Source: an uncultured Acetobacteraceae bacterium
GTDB taxonomy: Bacteria; Pseudomonadota; Alphaproteobacteria; Acetobacterales; Acetobacteraceae
DNA length: 64,000 bases
NCBI GenBank assembly: GCA_964249235.1
Contig: CAXUBM010000001.1
Span: 11 to 64,010 of the forward strand
Direction: 5' to 3'
Shown here: piece by piece, positions 35,770-45,708 of the stretch
How the letters are laid out: every line of letters begins with the position of its first letter
Position numbering within the stretch: the stretch's first letter is position 1
Made by a program: the position numbers and the translations under genes
The notes under the pieces: generated by a model
What the model saw: only the letters and a program-made list of their open reading frames with translations
Told to the model about the DNA's origin: nothing
Database searches by the model: none

Positions 35770-37289
35770 GTGAGCTCCTGCCGGCGGATCGTCTCGCCTG
35801 CACTGCCGAGGGTGGTCCTGAGCAGATCGTGTTCGGTCGCCTCGCCCTTCTCGTAGCGGGCCACCAGTCGCCCTTCTCGGAACGCGATGATGCGATCGGC
35901 AGTCCCGAGCAGCTCGGGATTGTAGTTTGAGATCAGAACGATGGAGTGCCCGCTGTCGGCCAAGCCGCCGATCAGCCGGTAGATCTCAGCCTTGGAGCCA
36001 ACATCGACCCCCTTGGTCGGATTGTTGAGCACGAGACACGGGCGATCGTGAAGAAACCACCGTCCGAGAACGACTTTCTGCTGGTTGCCACCCGACAAGG
36101 CGCGGGCCGGCAGCCGCGGCGACGAAGGTCTCACGTCCATGTGAGCGATTTCTCGCCGAACCAGTTCCTGCTCGTGCGCGAGGTCGAGAAACCCGCCACG
36201 CCGGACGATACTGCTGCCGGATGCGGCAAGCAGTGGAAGGGTCATGTTGGTCGAAATCGAGAGATCCTGAAGGAGGGCGTCGGTACGACGATCTTCGGGA
36301 ACGAAGGCGATGCCGGCGCGCAGCGCGTCCAAGGGCCTCCTTGGCGCCAGCGCGCGGCCGCCGATGGTCATCGTGCCAGCCGTCAGGCGGCGAAGGCCGC
36401 CAAGCATTTCGCCCAGCTGCGAGCTGCCCGATCCGACGGCGCCCGCGACGCCCAGCACCTCGCCGGCTCGGATCTCGAGATCGAGCGCCTCAATCCCATC
36501 GCAGGCTACCTTGGATAGGCGGACCAGCACGTCGTGTCGCGCACGCCCAGCGCGTCGAGGATAGAACTCGGTCAGCGTGCGACCGAGCATGGCACTCAGG
36601 ACGCGGTCGCGGTCCGTGTCGGCCATATCGGTGTCGAGCGTGACGTTGCCGTCCCGCAAGACGGTGATGCGATCGGCCACTTCGAAAACTTCCTCCAGAT
36701 AGTGCGATACGAAGACGACTGTGTAGCCCGAGTCGCGAAGCCGCCGCATTGTCGCGAGAACCGGGACCACCTCCCTCTGTGTCAAGGACGCGGTCGGCTC
36801 ATCGAACAGGACGATCCGCGGCGAGCGACTCAGGCATTTCAGGATCTCGACGACCTGCTGCTCGGCGACCGTGAGGTCGGCGACGGGCCTGGCGAGATCG
36901 ATCGGTGGGAAACCCAGGTCGTCGAGCAGGGCCAGGGCGTCCTGGCGAAGTTTGCGCGCCTGCAACAAGCCGAACCGCTGCGGCTCGTGTCCGATCGCGA
37001 TGTTCGAGAAGCCGGACAGATGAGGGAAGAGGCTGAGCTCCTGGAAGATAAGACCGACTCCCGCGCCGGCTGCCTCGACGGGGTTTCCGAACGAGACGGG
37101 GGCTCCGTCGAGGACAATAGAGCCGGAGGTCGGCGGCTGGGCGCCACCAAGGACCTTCAACAGCGTGCTCTTTCCAGAGCCGTTCTCGCCGGCGAGCGCG
37201 TGGATGGTGCCGGGGCGGACGTCCACATTGATGCCGTTCAGCGCGACGACCGAACCGAACCGAACGGTGAGGTCGCGGACGCCGATCAT
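35766..37289 (-). CDS. sugar ABC transporter ATP-binding protein (double ABC domain)
   Basis: 507 aa. Walker A GENGSGKST. Second-domain signature LSGGNQQK. Confidence 0.9.
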   Translation of the reverse strand: MIGVRDLTVRFGSVVALNGINVDVRPGTIHALAGENGSGKSTLLKVLGGAQPPTSGSIVLDGAPVSFGNPVEAAGAGVGLIFQELSLFPHLSGFSNIAIGHEPQRFGLLQARKLRQDALALLDDLGFPPIDLARPVADLTVAEQQVVEILKCLSRSPRIVLFDEPTASLTQREVVPVLATMRRLRDSGYTVVFVSHYLEEVFEVADRITVLRDGNVTLDTDMADTDRDRVLSAMLGRTLTEFYPRRAGRARHDVLVRLSKVACDGIEALDLEIRAGEVLGVAGAVGSGSSQLGEMLGGLRRLTAGTMTIGGRALAPRRPLDALRAGIAFVPEDRRTDALLQDLSISTNMTLPLLAASGSSIVRRGGFLDLAHEQELVRREIAHMDVRPSSPRLPARALSGGNQQKVVLGRWFLHDRPCLVLNNPTKGVDVGSKAEIYRLIGGLADSGHSIVLISNYNPELLGTADRIIAFREGRLVARYEKGEATEHDLLRTTLGSAGETIRRQELT

Positions 37290-38347
37290 CTGGATGTTGC
37301 CTTGTGCAGCCCGGCGCGACGTCCTGATCGCGGCGTGCTGGCAGTCCGTTCAGGCATCGGTCGCGTGCACGAGCCTCTCACGACGAGATGCGTGGGAAGC
37401 ACGATATGCTCTGGCTCGCCGGACCCGTCCTCGGAAAGGCGTCGCAGGAGGAGCCGTGCGGCCACGGCTCCCTGCTCCTCGGATGGACGATCGATCACGG
37501 TCAGGGGCGGCTGCAGGAGAGAGCCGAGATCGACGTCGTCGAAGCCGATCAGCGATACTTCCGTCCCGACCGCGATCCCGAGATGGGCGAGCGCCTTGAG
37601 CGCCCCGACTGTCATGGCATTGTTGGCGCAGAACACGGCCGTTGGCGGCTGACGTAAGGCCATCAGTCGAAGCATGGCCTGGTGACCGCCCGCTTCCTTG
37701 AAGTCGGCAATCTGCTTGTAAGCGTCGGGCATCGTCAGCCCGACGCGAGCAAGTTCCGTCGTGAAGCCATCGTAGCGGGTACGGCCCGGTGTGTTGGCGA
37801 GCGAACCACCAATCAGGGCGATCCGAAGATGGCCTAGTCCGCAAAGATGCTGTGCCGCTGCCCGCGCCCCACCGACATTGTCGACGAGCACGCTGTCAAA
37901 GCTCCTGTCGGTCAGCTCACGATCGACCAGGACGATCGGCATGCCTTGCTTGCGAACCTGCAATGGCGCGCGATCCTGTTCGGCCGCCGGCGCCAGGATG
38001 ATGCCGTCCACCCGGTGTGTCACGTCGTCCAGGACGACATTCTCGATCGCCGTCTGTTCGTCCGTGTTGCAGAGGAACACCCGATACGGCGTCGAGCGGA
38101 AGACCGACTCGACCCCTTTGGTGAGCGAAGCGAAGTAAGGATTGGTGATGTCGGGAACAACCATCGCAATCGCGTAGTTCACGCCCGAGCGAAGGCTGCG
38201 CGCCGCGACCGCGGGACGATAGCCGAGCCGGTCGATCGTCTCGCGGATGGCGCTGGCCGCCCGGACGTTTTCGCCGCGCAGAAAGCGTGAGACAGAAGCC
38301 GTTGAGACGCCGGCCGCCTCTGCCACGTTGACGATGGTGGCGACCAT
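37286..38347 (-). CDS. LacI-family transcriptional regulator
   Basis: N-terminal HTH IVNVAEAAGVSTASVSRFLRG plus a periplasmic-binding-like core. Its stop overlaps the ATPase start (ATGA). Confidence 0.9.
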   Translation of the reverse strand: MVATIVNVAEAAGVSTASVSRFLRGENVRAASAIRETIDRLGYRPAVAARSLRSGVNYAIAMVVPDITNPYFASLTKGVESVFRSTPYRVFLCNTDEQTAIENVVLDDVTHRVDGIILAPAAEQDRAPLQVRKQGMPIVLVDRELTDRSFDSVLVDNVGGARAAAQHLCGLGHLRIALIGGSLANTPGRTRYDGFTTELARVGLTMPDAYKQIADFKEAGGHQAMLRLMALRQPPTAVFCANNAMTVGALKALAHLGIAVGTEVSLIGFDDVDLGSLLQPPLTVIDRPSEEQGAVAARLLLRRLSEDGSGEPEHIVLPTHLVVRGSCTRPMPERTASTPRSGRRAGLHKATSR

Positions 38348-38511
38348 TGCGCCGCTCGCCCCTCCCAGACTGGTATCGTTTTCAGTTGAGCAATCGGTAA
38401 CAGGCAGGGTTCCGGGCCGTCAAACGGAACGACACCGACACCCTGTCACGATCGGTTTATGTTCGACGCTTGGCTCGCGTTTGACGGCCGGCGTTGACGG
38501 CCGAGAAAGGA

Positions 38512-38526
38512 TGTAGTCAGACTACA
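38512..38526. promoter_or_regulatory. 15-bp perfect palindrome TGTAGTC-A-GACTACA (candidate operator)
   Basis: Lies in the divergent lacI / binding-protein intergenic region, 43 nt upstream of the ATG at 38569. A near-identical site occurs at 52207-52221. Confidence 0.4.
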
Positions 38527-38568
38527 CGATCGAAGCTGCGCGAAGCAGCGTACCGGTGGAGAGAAACG

Positions 38569-39537
38569 ATGGCGCGAACTGGCAGAATTGGCTCACTGAT
38601 CGTCGGCTTGGCCTGCGGGGTCGCGGGAGCGGCCCATGCCGAATGCCTCATCGGCATGGCCAACTACACACTGTCGGCCCCCTACTTCGCTGCCCAGGAC
38701 GCCGAGGCGCACAAATACGGCGCGCAGCTCGGCTGCAAGGTGATCTCGGCCAATGGCCAAAACGACATGATGAAGGAGATCTCCGACATCGAGGATATGG
38801 TCGCGCGGCACGTGAACCTGCTGATCGTCAATCCACGTGACCCGGAAGGCCTCATCCCCGCCGTCAATGCCGCGACCGCCGCCGGCGTGAAGGTCGTTGC
38901 CGTCGACAGCACGCTCGACCCGAAAGCCAACTTCATCACCCAGGTGCAGTCGTCCAACCTGAAGAACGGCATGAAGGTCGGACAGTGGATCGCCGAGCAT
39001 ATGCGCGGCACGCCCATGAAGATCGCGCTCATCAGCGGCGACAAGGGTAACCTCGTGGGCCAGGAACGGCGCGATGGTGTGTTCGCCGGCATCATGGAGG
39101 GTCAGCTCACCGGCGAGGGCCATGCCGGCTACGTCGTCGTCGGGCAGGGTTGGGGCGCCTGGACGCAGGAAGGCGGTCTGAGCGCCATGGAAGACCTCCT
39201 GACCGCTCATCCCGATATCAACGTCGTGCTCGGCGAAAACGACAGTATGGTTCTAGGCGCCGCTCGTGCCCTGCAGCAGCACAATCGGGAGAAGGGCGTC
39301 CTGCTCGTCGCTGCCGCCGACGGCCAGAAAGAAGCCCTCAAGATGATCGCCGATGGCGAATATGGGGCGACCGGTCTGAACAATCCCGCCGCCATCATCA
39401 AGACCGCGATCGACATCGGCATGCAGGCCATGAAGGGGACCCTGCCGAAGGATTTTCCGAAGCTCGACTACACCGCGCCGGTGGCGATCACCAAGGCCAA
39501 CGTCGCTCAGTACTACAACCCGAACGCGGTGTTCTGA
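38569..39537 (+). CDS. sugar ABC transporter substrate-binding protein (CUT2)
   Basis: Start re-set to MARTGRIGSLIVGLACGVAGAAHA (signal peptide). RBS GGAGAG upstream. Confidence 0.85.
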   Translation: MARTGRIGSLIVGLACGVAGAAHAECLIGMANYTLSAPYFAAQDAEAHKYGAQLGCKVISANGQNDMMKEISDIEDMVARHVNLLIVNPRDPEGLIPAVNAATAAGVKVVAVDSTLDPKANFITQVQSSNLKNGMKVGQWIAEHMRGTPMKIALISGDKGNLVGQERRDGVFAGIMEGQLTGEGHAGYVVVGQGWGAWTQEGGLSAMEDLLTAHPDINVVLGENDSMVLGAARALQQHNREKGVLLVAAADGQKEALKMIADGEYGATGLNNPAAIIKTAIDIGMQAMKGTLPKDFPKLDYTAPVAITKANVAQYYNPNAVF

Positions 39538-39571
39538 AGCGGCCCGCCGAGGCATCGCTGGGGGAGAGCTG

Positions 39572-41071
39572 ATGACCTGCCTCGTCGAGCTCAAGACGAT
39601 CACCAAGCGCTTCGGTGGGGTCGCCGCCCTCAAGGGCGTCGACTTCACCCTTCAAGCGGGTGAAGTGCATGCGCTCCTCGGCGAGAACGGGGCCGGCAAG
39701 TCGACGCTGATGCGTGTCATGGGCGGCGAGATGGCACGCAACGGCGGCGAAATGCTCCTCGACGGAAAGCCCGTCCATCTCGCCGGTCCGAAACAGGCCG
39801 CCGAGCACGGCATCGCCATCATCCATCAGGAGATGGCGCTCGCCCCCGATCTGTCGGTCGCGGAAAACATCTTTCTCGGCGAGCTGCCGCGGGGCATCTC
39901 CTGGCCGACGCTCAACCGCCGCGCGCGCGCGCTGATCACCCGACTTGGTTTCGCCATCGACCCAAGCGCACTGGTGAGCGAACTCAGCGTCGCGCACCAG
40001 CAGGTGGTCGAGATCGCGAAAGTACTCTCGCGTAACGCACGGATCATCGTCTTCGACGAACCGACCGCGGTTCTCGCCGTCCGGGACGCCGAGCGTCTGC
40101 TCGGCATCATCGACGGGCTGCGGCGCGAAGGTGTCGGCATCGTCTATATCTCACATCGCCTCGACGAGGTGTTCCGGATCGCCGATCGCATGACGATCAT
40201 GAAGGACGGCGGCACCGTGGGCACCGTCACGCCGCGCGACGCCACGATCGATGACGTGATCCGCCTGATGGTCGGCCGCTCGCTCGCCGCCCTGTTCGGT
40301 GAACGGGGCGAGCGCACCATGGGCGAGGACGTTCTGCGGGTCGAAGACCTGTCCGACGGCAAACGCGTACGCGGCGTCGGCTTCGCGGTACGGGCCGGCG
40401 AGATCGTCGGGCTCGGCGGGTTGGTCGGCGCGGGCCGAACCGAGGTCGCTCGCATGATCTTCGGCGCCGACCGCCATCGGTCCGGAAAGATTCTGATCCA
40501 CGGTCGAGACGTGCGAATCGCCAAGCCCCAGGACGCGGTCCGCCACGGCATCGCGCTCGTCCCGGAAGACCGCAAGGCGCAGGGCGTGGTGCTCGACATG
40601 GCGATCCGCGTGAATGCCACGATGGCGAAGCTTGGACCGCTCACCGACTGGGCCGGCTTCATCCGTCGCCGACGCGAGCGTCAGACCGTCGACCGGCTCG
40701 TTGCGGACCTTCGCATTCGCATGTCGACAATGGAGGCGCCGGTCTCGTCCCTGTCCGGCGGCAATCAGCAGAAGGTCGTGCTGTCCAAATGGTTTCTGAT
40801 GGGCGGTGACGTGGTCATCCTTGACGAGCCGACGCGCGGCGTCGATGTCGGCGCGAAGGCGGAAATCTACACGCTTATCCATCGCATGGCGGCGGCCGGC
40901 AAGGCGGTGCTGGTGATCTCGTCGGAGCATCTGGAACTCTTCGGCTTGTGCGACCGGGTTCTGGTGATGGGCGAGGGTGAACTGCGCGGCGAGTTGCAGC
41001 CCGCCGATTACAGCGAAGAGAACCTGCTTTCGCTCGCCATGCGCGGCGAGACCTCCAGGATGGTGAACTGA
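39572..41071 (+). CDS. sugar ABC transporter ATP-binding protein
   Basis: 499 aa. Contains GENGAGKST and LSGGNQQK. Confidence 0.9.
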   Translation: MTCLVELKTITKRFGGVAALKGVDFTLQAGEVHALLGENGAGKSTLMRVMGGEMARNGGEMLLDGKPVHLAGPKQAAEHGIAIIHQEMALAPDLSVAENIFLGELPRGISWPTLNRRARALITRLGFAIDPSALVSELSVAHQQVVEIAKVLSRNARIIVFDEPTAVLAVRDAERLLGIIDGLRREGVGIVYISHRLDEVFRIADRMTIMKDGGTVGTVTPRDATIDDVIRLMVGRSLAALFGERGERTMGEDVLRVEDLSDGKRVRGVGFAVRAGEIVGLGGLVGAGRTEVARMIFGADRHRSGKILIHGRDVRIAKPQDAVRHGIALVPEDRKAQGVVLDMAIRVNATMAKLGPLTDWAGFIRRRRERQTVDRLVADLRIRMSTMEAPVSSLSGGNQQKVVLSKWFLMGGDVVILDEPTRGVDVGAKAEIYTLIHRMAAAGKAVLVISSEHLELFGLCDRVLVMGEGELRGELQPADYSEENLLSLAMRGETSRMVN

Positions 41072-41072
41072 G

Positions 41073-42077
41073 ATGGCTGACGGTTCAATGGCACCGCCGG
41101 TCGGGGCCGATCACGCGTCGGAAACCGGCAGACGTCGCTTCGATCCCGTCGCCGCGTTCCGGCGCTACGGAACCTTCGTCATCTTCGTGCTGATCATGGC
41201 CGGCGCGACCTGGCAATCGTCGGATTTCCTGACGACCGGCAACATGATGAACGTCCTCCGCCAAGTCTCCGGGACCGGTATCATGGCGGTGGGCATGTTG
41301 TTCGTCATCCTGACCGGCGGCATCGACCTTTCGGTGGGCTCGGTTGCCGCCCTTGGCAGCGTGTCGGCGGCCCTGATGTTCCAGCAGCATGGCGTCGTGG
41401 TGTCGCTCGGCACTGCGGTCGCTGCCGGTGCCGCGTGCGGCCTGCTGTCCGGAGTCACGGTGGCCTATCTGCGCCTGCCCCCCTTCGTCATGACGCTCGC
41501 GGTGATGACGATCGCACGCGGGCTGGCGCTCATCCTCTCGGACGGTCAGCCGATCATGCTCGGCGACAACGGCGGCGCTCTGAACATGTTCGCCAACGGC
41601 TTCATCGGCGGCGTCCCCAACCCGGTGCTGCTGATGTTCGCCGTGTTCATCGTCGCCGGCCTCGTCCTTGGGCTCACCCGCTTCGGCCGTTTGGTCAAGG
41701 CGACGGGGTCAAACATCGAGGCGGTGCGCCTGTCGGGCATCGCGGTGCCGCGCTACGTGCTCGCCGTCTACGTCATCGCGGGCGCGCTGGCTGCTGTGGC
41801 CGGCATTATCACGACCGGTCGGTCGGGCGTCGGTTCGGCCACCGTCGGCGTCGGCGCCGAGCTGCAGGTGATCGCCGCGGTCGTGATCGGCGGTGCGAGC
41901 CTGACCGGCGGCCGTGGCGGCGTCGTCAACACGCTGCTCGGCGTGCTGGTGCTCGGCGTGATCGGCAACATCATGAATCTGGCGGGCGTCCCGGGCTACA
42001 GCCAGGATGTCTGCATGGGCGTCATCATCATGCTCGCCGTGCTGCTCCAGCAGGGTTCGCAATGGATGCGCCGTTGA
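41073..42077 (+). CDS. sugar ABC transporter permease
   Basis: 334 aa and polytopic. Contains GGIDLSVGSV. Confidence 0.9.
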   Translation: MADGSMAPPVGADHASETGRRRFDPVAAFRRYGTFVIFVLIMAGATWQSSDFLTTGNMMNVLRQVSGTGIMAVGMLFVILTGGIDLSVGSVAALGSVSAALMFQQHGVVVSLGTAVAAGAACGLLSGVTVAYLRLPPFVMTLAVMTIARGLALILSDGQPIMLGDNGGALNMFANGFIGGVPNPVLLMFAVFIVAGLVLGLTRFGRLVKATGSNIEAVRLSGIAVPRYVLAVYVIAGALAAVAGIITTGRSGVGSATVGVGAELQVIAAVVIGGASLTGGRGGVVNTLLGVLVLGVIGNIMNLAGVPGYSQDVCMGVIIMLAVLLQQGSQWMRR

Positions 42078-42087
42078 CCGATCGGTC

Positions 42088-43605
42088 GTGGTGCCCGTCG
42101 TGACCGAGCCGCTTCTGCTCTCGATCGATGTCGGTACCGGCAGTGTTCGTGCCGCGCTGGTGGACCGGGCGGGCCGGGTGGTCCGCATCGAGGCCGAGGA
42201 GCACGAGCAGATCGTGCCCCATTATGGCTGGTCCGAGCAGCGTCCTGCGTCCTGGTGGGACGGCGTCGTCGCGGTCGTCCGGCGCCTGACCGATGGGCTC
42301 GGTGCCGAGGCGACGCAGGCGATCGAAGCGGTATGCGCTTGCGGCCAGATGCACGCGACCGTTCTGCTCGACGCCGACGGCGCCCTCATCCGGGAAAACG
42401 TCCCGCTCTGGAACGACAAGCGCACGCTGGAACTGGTCGAGCGGTTCGAGCGGAACCATCCGGACCACCGCTACCTCGCCGATTGCGCCAACCCCCCGAC
42501 CCCCGCCTGGCCCGGCTTCAAGCTGCAATGGCTGCGCGACCACGACCCCGAAGCCTACGACCGTACCCGGACGGTGCTGATGCCGAAGGATTACGTGAAC
42601 TACCGGCTCACGGGCGAACGGGCGATGGATCTGACCGATGCGTCGTGCTCGTTCCTGATGAGTCCGCGCACGAACGACTGGTCCGACGCGATGCTCAGCC
42701 GGCTCGGTCTCGACCGCGACAAGCTGACGCAGATCCGCCGGCCGCAAGACATCCTCGGTCACGTCACCCGCGAAGCCGCCGCCCTGACCGGCCTGCCGTC
42801 CGGCTTGCCGGTCCTGGTGGGCGGCGGCGACTATCCGATGGCGCTGCTCGGTTCGGGCGCGCACCGTCCCGGTCTCGGTTCGGACGTCACCGGCACGTCC
42901 TGCATCATCACGCAGATCACCGACGCGCCGACCCTCCACGACGAGATCTCCAACGTCGCCATCGCCGACGGGGTCTGGGGCGCTTTTGTGCTGCTCGACT
43001 CCGGTGGTGATGCCATGCGCTGGGCACGGCGCGCGTTTCACGAGAACGCCGTGAGCTACGACGAGGTGGTGCGCCGCGCGGCCGAGGCGCCGGCCGGTGC
43101 GGACGGGCTTGTCTTTCTGCCCTACCTCGCCGGGGAGCGCCTCGGGGCGCACCGTAACGCGCGCGCGCAGTTCTTCGGGATCACGCCGACGCACGGCGTG
43201 GCCCACCTACATCGCGCGGTGATGGAAGGCGTCGCGTTCTCCGTTGCGCGCCATATGCGGATCATGGAGGCGGCGTCCGGCCATCGGATCGAGCGCGTGA
43301 TCGCGTCGGGCGGTGGTGCCAAAACCCGTCTGTGGCTCGAGATGAAGGCCAGCACCTATGGCCTGCCGATCCTGGTCCCCGAGCAAGCCGAGTGCGGCGT
43401 CGTGGGATGTGCGGCGCTGGCGGCGACCGCGACCGGACGCTTCGCCCGGCTAGACGACGCGGTGGCCGCCTTCGTTAGGCATCGCGAGGAGATCTCGCCG
43501 AGGCCCGACTGGACGGAACGTTACGCGCGCATGCAGCCGGTGTTCGATTCGATTTACCGCAACAGCCAGAGCCAGTACGACCTGCTCGACGCACTCGCGG
43601 TGTAA
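42088..43605 (+). CDS. FGGY-family carbohydrate kinase
   Basis: LLSIDVGTGSVRAAL is an FGGY N-terminal motif, with GGGAK near the C-terminus. The start is uncertain (GTG at 42088, 42091 or 42100), placed after the permease stop at 42077. Confidence 0.8.
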   Translation: MVPVVTEPLLLSIDVGTGSVRAALVDRAGRVVRIEAEEHEQIVPHYGWSEQRPASWWDGVVAVVRRLTDGLGAEATQAIEAVCACGQMHATVLLDADGALIRENVPLWNDKRTLELVERFERNHPDHRYLADCANPPTPAWPGFKLQWLRDHDPEAYDRTRTVLMPKDYVNYRLTGERAMDLTDASCSFLMSPRTNDWSDAMLSRLGLDRDKLTQIRRPQDILGHVTREAAALTGLPSGLPVLVGGGDYPMALLGSGAHRPGLGSDVTGTSCIITQITDAPTLHDEISNVAIADGVWGAFVLLDSGGDAMRWARRAFHENAVSYDEVVRRAAEAPAGADGLVFLPYLAGERLGAHRNARAQFFGITPTHGVAHLHRAVMEGVAFSVARHMRIMEAASGHRIERVIASGGGAKTRLWLEMKASTYGLPILVPEQAECGVVGCAALAATATGRFARLDDAVAAFVRHREEISPRPDWTERYARMQPVFDSIYRNSQSQYDLLDALAV

Positions 43606-43626
43606 GCCATACGGGAGACGACGACC

Positions 43627-44391
43627 ATGGACGACCCACTCGCCACTTTCCGTCCTGACCTCTTCGCGGGGCACCGGGTGCTTGTCTCGGGCGCGAGCAG
43701 CGGCATTGGTCTGGCGATCGCGCACGGCTTCGCGCGCTGCGGCGCGTCCGTGGTCGCGACCGGGACGTCGGAGGCCAAGCTCGCGACGTCGCGCGCCGAA
43801 AGCGGCGACGCCAGTATCGCCTTTGCGAAGCTTGATGTCCGCAACCAGGCCGACGTCGAGGCCTTCGTTGGCGGCATGGAGCGGATCGACGTGCTGGTGA
43901 ACGCGCACGGGGTCGCGCGTCCGGTCGACGAGTTTCGCGACGACGTCTTTCGCGAGGTCATCGAGGTCAACCTGTCCAGCGTCATGCGGCTCGCGACCGC
44001 AGCCCGGCCACAGCTCGCCCGCACGCGCGGATCGATCACCAACATCGCCTCCATGCTCAGCTATCTCGCCGATGCCGCCGTTCCCGCCTACGGCGCCAGC
44101 AAGACGGGCCTGCTCGGTCTGACGCGTGCGCTCGCGCACGCCTGGGGACCCGACGGCATCCGGGTGAACGCGATCTCGCCCGGTTATCACCGCACTGACA
44201 TGACCAAGCCACTGTGGAGCGAGACCCGGAGTTTCGAGGCGATCGAGCGCCACGCCGCCCTGCGGCGTTGGGGCACGGTCGACGATCTCGTCGGAGCGGC
44301 CTTGTTTCTCGCGTCGCCCGCCGCCGCCTTCATCACCGGGGCCGACCTGCCCGTCGATGGCGGTTACGTCGTCGGTGCGGTCACCGGCTGA
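43627..44391 (+). CDS. SDR-family oxidoreductase
   Basis: 254 aa. Contains SGASSGIGLAIA and YGASKTG (YxxxK). Confidence 0.85.
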   Translation: MDDPLATFRPDLFAGHRVLVSGASSGIGLAIAHGFARCGASVVATGTSEAKLATSRAESGDASIAFAKLDVRNQADVEAFVGGMERIDVLVNAHGVARPVDEFRDDVFREVIEVNLSSVMRLATAARPQLARTRGSITNIASMLSYLADAAVPAYGASKTGLLGLTRALAHAWGPDGIRVNAISPGYHRTDMTKPLWSETRSFEAIERHAALRRWGTVDDLVGAALFLASPAAAFITGADLPVDGGYVVGAVTG

Positions 44392-44408
44392 GCCGGCGAC
44401 GCCGATCC

Positions 44409-45050
44409 ATGCCTGTCCTGGATGACCACGCCTCCTTCGAGAAAGCCGCCGCGATGTCCGTTCCCTTTCCCAGACATACGACTGTCAGGCCGGAAACCGG
44501 CGCCCTGCAGGGGGCCACGGGCCGCTACGAGAAGCGCTATTCGGACCTGCGCGGCCTATTCCTCGACGAGGAGGCGCTCGAAGCGACGCTGCAGCGCACC
44601 GGCGATGGGATCGCCTACAGCGTCGAGGACTACAAACCCTCCACCAATCAGGGCGACCTCATCTTCGGGATCAGCACGCTTCAGCCGGGTCGGATCGGCG
44701 ACGAGTTCCTGATGACCCGCGGCCATATCCACCGGCTGAGCGATCGTCCCGAGATCTACTACTGCCAGGCCGGTCACGGCGTGATGCTGATGGAACTCGA
44801 GAACGGCACCGTGGAGACGGCCGAGATGCGGCCGCAGAGCCTCGTCTACGTGGCCCCGCATTGGATCCATCGCAGCATCAATGTCGGTTCGGAGCCGCTG
44901 GTGACCGTCTTCTGCTATCCCGCCGACGCCGGCCAGGACTACGACATCATCGCCCGCGCGGGCGGCATGCGGATGTTGATCGTCGCGGACGGAGACGGAT
45001 GGGCGCAGCGGTTCAACCCGCGTTATCGCCCCCGCACGCGCGTTGCCTAG
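44409..45050 (+). CDS. cupin-type glucose-6-phosphate isomerase family protein
   Basis: Start re-set to the ATG at 44409. Cupin core TRGHIH...PEIYYCQAGHGVMLME...YVAPHWIHRSINVG. Confidence 0.65.
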   Translation: MPVLDDHASFEKAAAMSVPFPRHTTVRPETGALQGATGRYEKRYSDLRGLFLDEEALEATLQRTGDGIAYSVEDYKPSTNQGDLIFGISTLQPGRIGDEFLMTRGHIHRLSDRPEIYYCQAGHGVMLMELENGTVETAEMRPQSLVYVAPHWIHRSINVGSEPLVTVFCYPADAGQDYDIIARAGGMRMLIVADGDGWAQRFNPRYRPRTRVA

Positions 45051-45051
45051 G

Positions 45052-45708
45052 ATGGGCGCCGCGAGCACGATCGAGCGCGCCACCTCGTTCGGCGTGATCC
45101 CGGTGGTCGAGATCGAGGATCCCGCCCTGGCCGACCCGCTTGCCGAAACATTGCTCGAAGCAGGCCTCGGCGTGATCGAGGTCACGTTCCGCACCGTGGC
45201 GGCAGCGGAGATCGTCGCGCGACTGGCCGACCGGTATCCGGACCTGCTGGTCGGCGCCGGGACGGTGCTTGGTCCGCCCGATGTCGACCGCGCCTGCCAC
45301 GCGGGCGCACGGTTCGCGCTGGCACCGGGTCTGAGTGCTGCGACCGTCGCACGGGCAGACACGAGCGGGCTCCCCTTTATTCCCGGCGTGATGACTCCGT
45401 CAGACCTGCAGGCCGGCATCGAACTCGGTCTCTCAACCTTCAAATTCTTCCCAGCCGTCCCTGCCGGCGGCCCTTCCTTCCTGCGCGCGATCGCGGCACC
45501 GTTCCCCATGCACCGGCTGCGTTTCATCCCGACCGGCGGCGTGACCCAGGCCAGCTTGGGCGAGTGGCTCGGCAATCCATTGGTCGCCGCGGTGGGTGGC
45601 ACCTGGATCGCAGACCGCCGCGCGATCGCTGACGGCGCCTGGCACGGCATCGCGGCCTCAGCACGCGCGGCGCTGCAGACCTCGCGGGCCGCTGGACGCA
45701 TCGCGTGA
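45052..45708 (+). CDS. eda: 2-dehydro-3-deoxyphosphogluconate (KDPG)/KHG aldolase
   Basis: Contains VIPVVEI, IEVTFRT, GAGTVL, FKFFPA and IPTGGV. Confidence 0.8.
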   Translation: MGAASTIERATSFGVIPVVEIEDPALADPLAETLLEAGLGVIEVTFRTVAAAEIVARLADRYPDLLVGAGTVLGPPDVDRACHAGARFALAPGLSAATVARADTSGLPFIPGVMTPSDLQAGIELGLSTFKFFPAVPAGGPSFLRAIAAPFPMHRLRFIPTGGVTQASLGEWLGNPLVAAVGGTWIADRRAIADGAWHGIAASARAALQTSRAAGRIA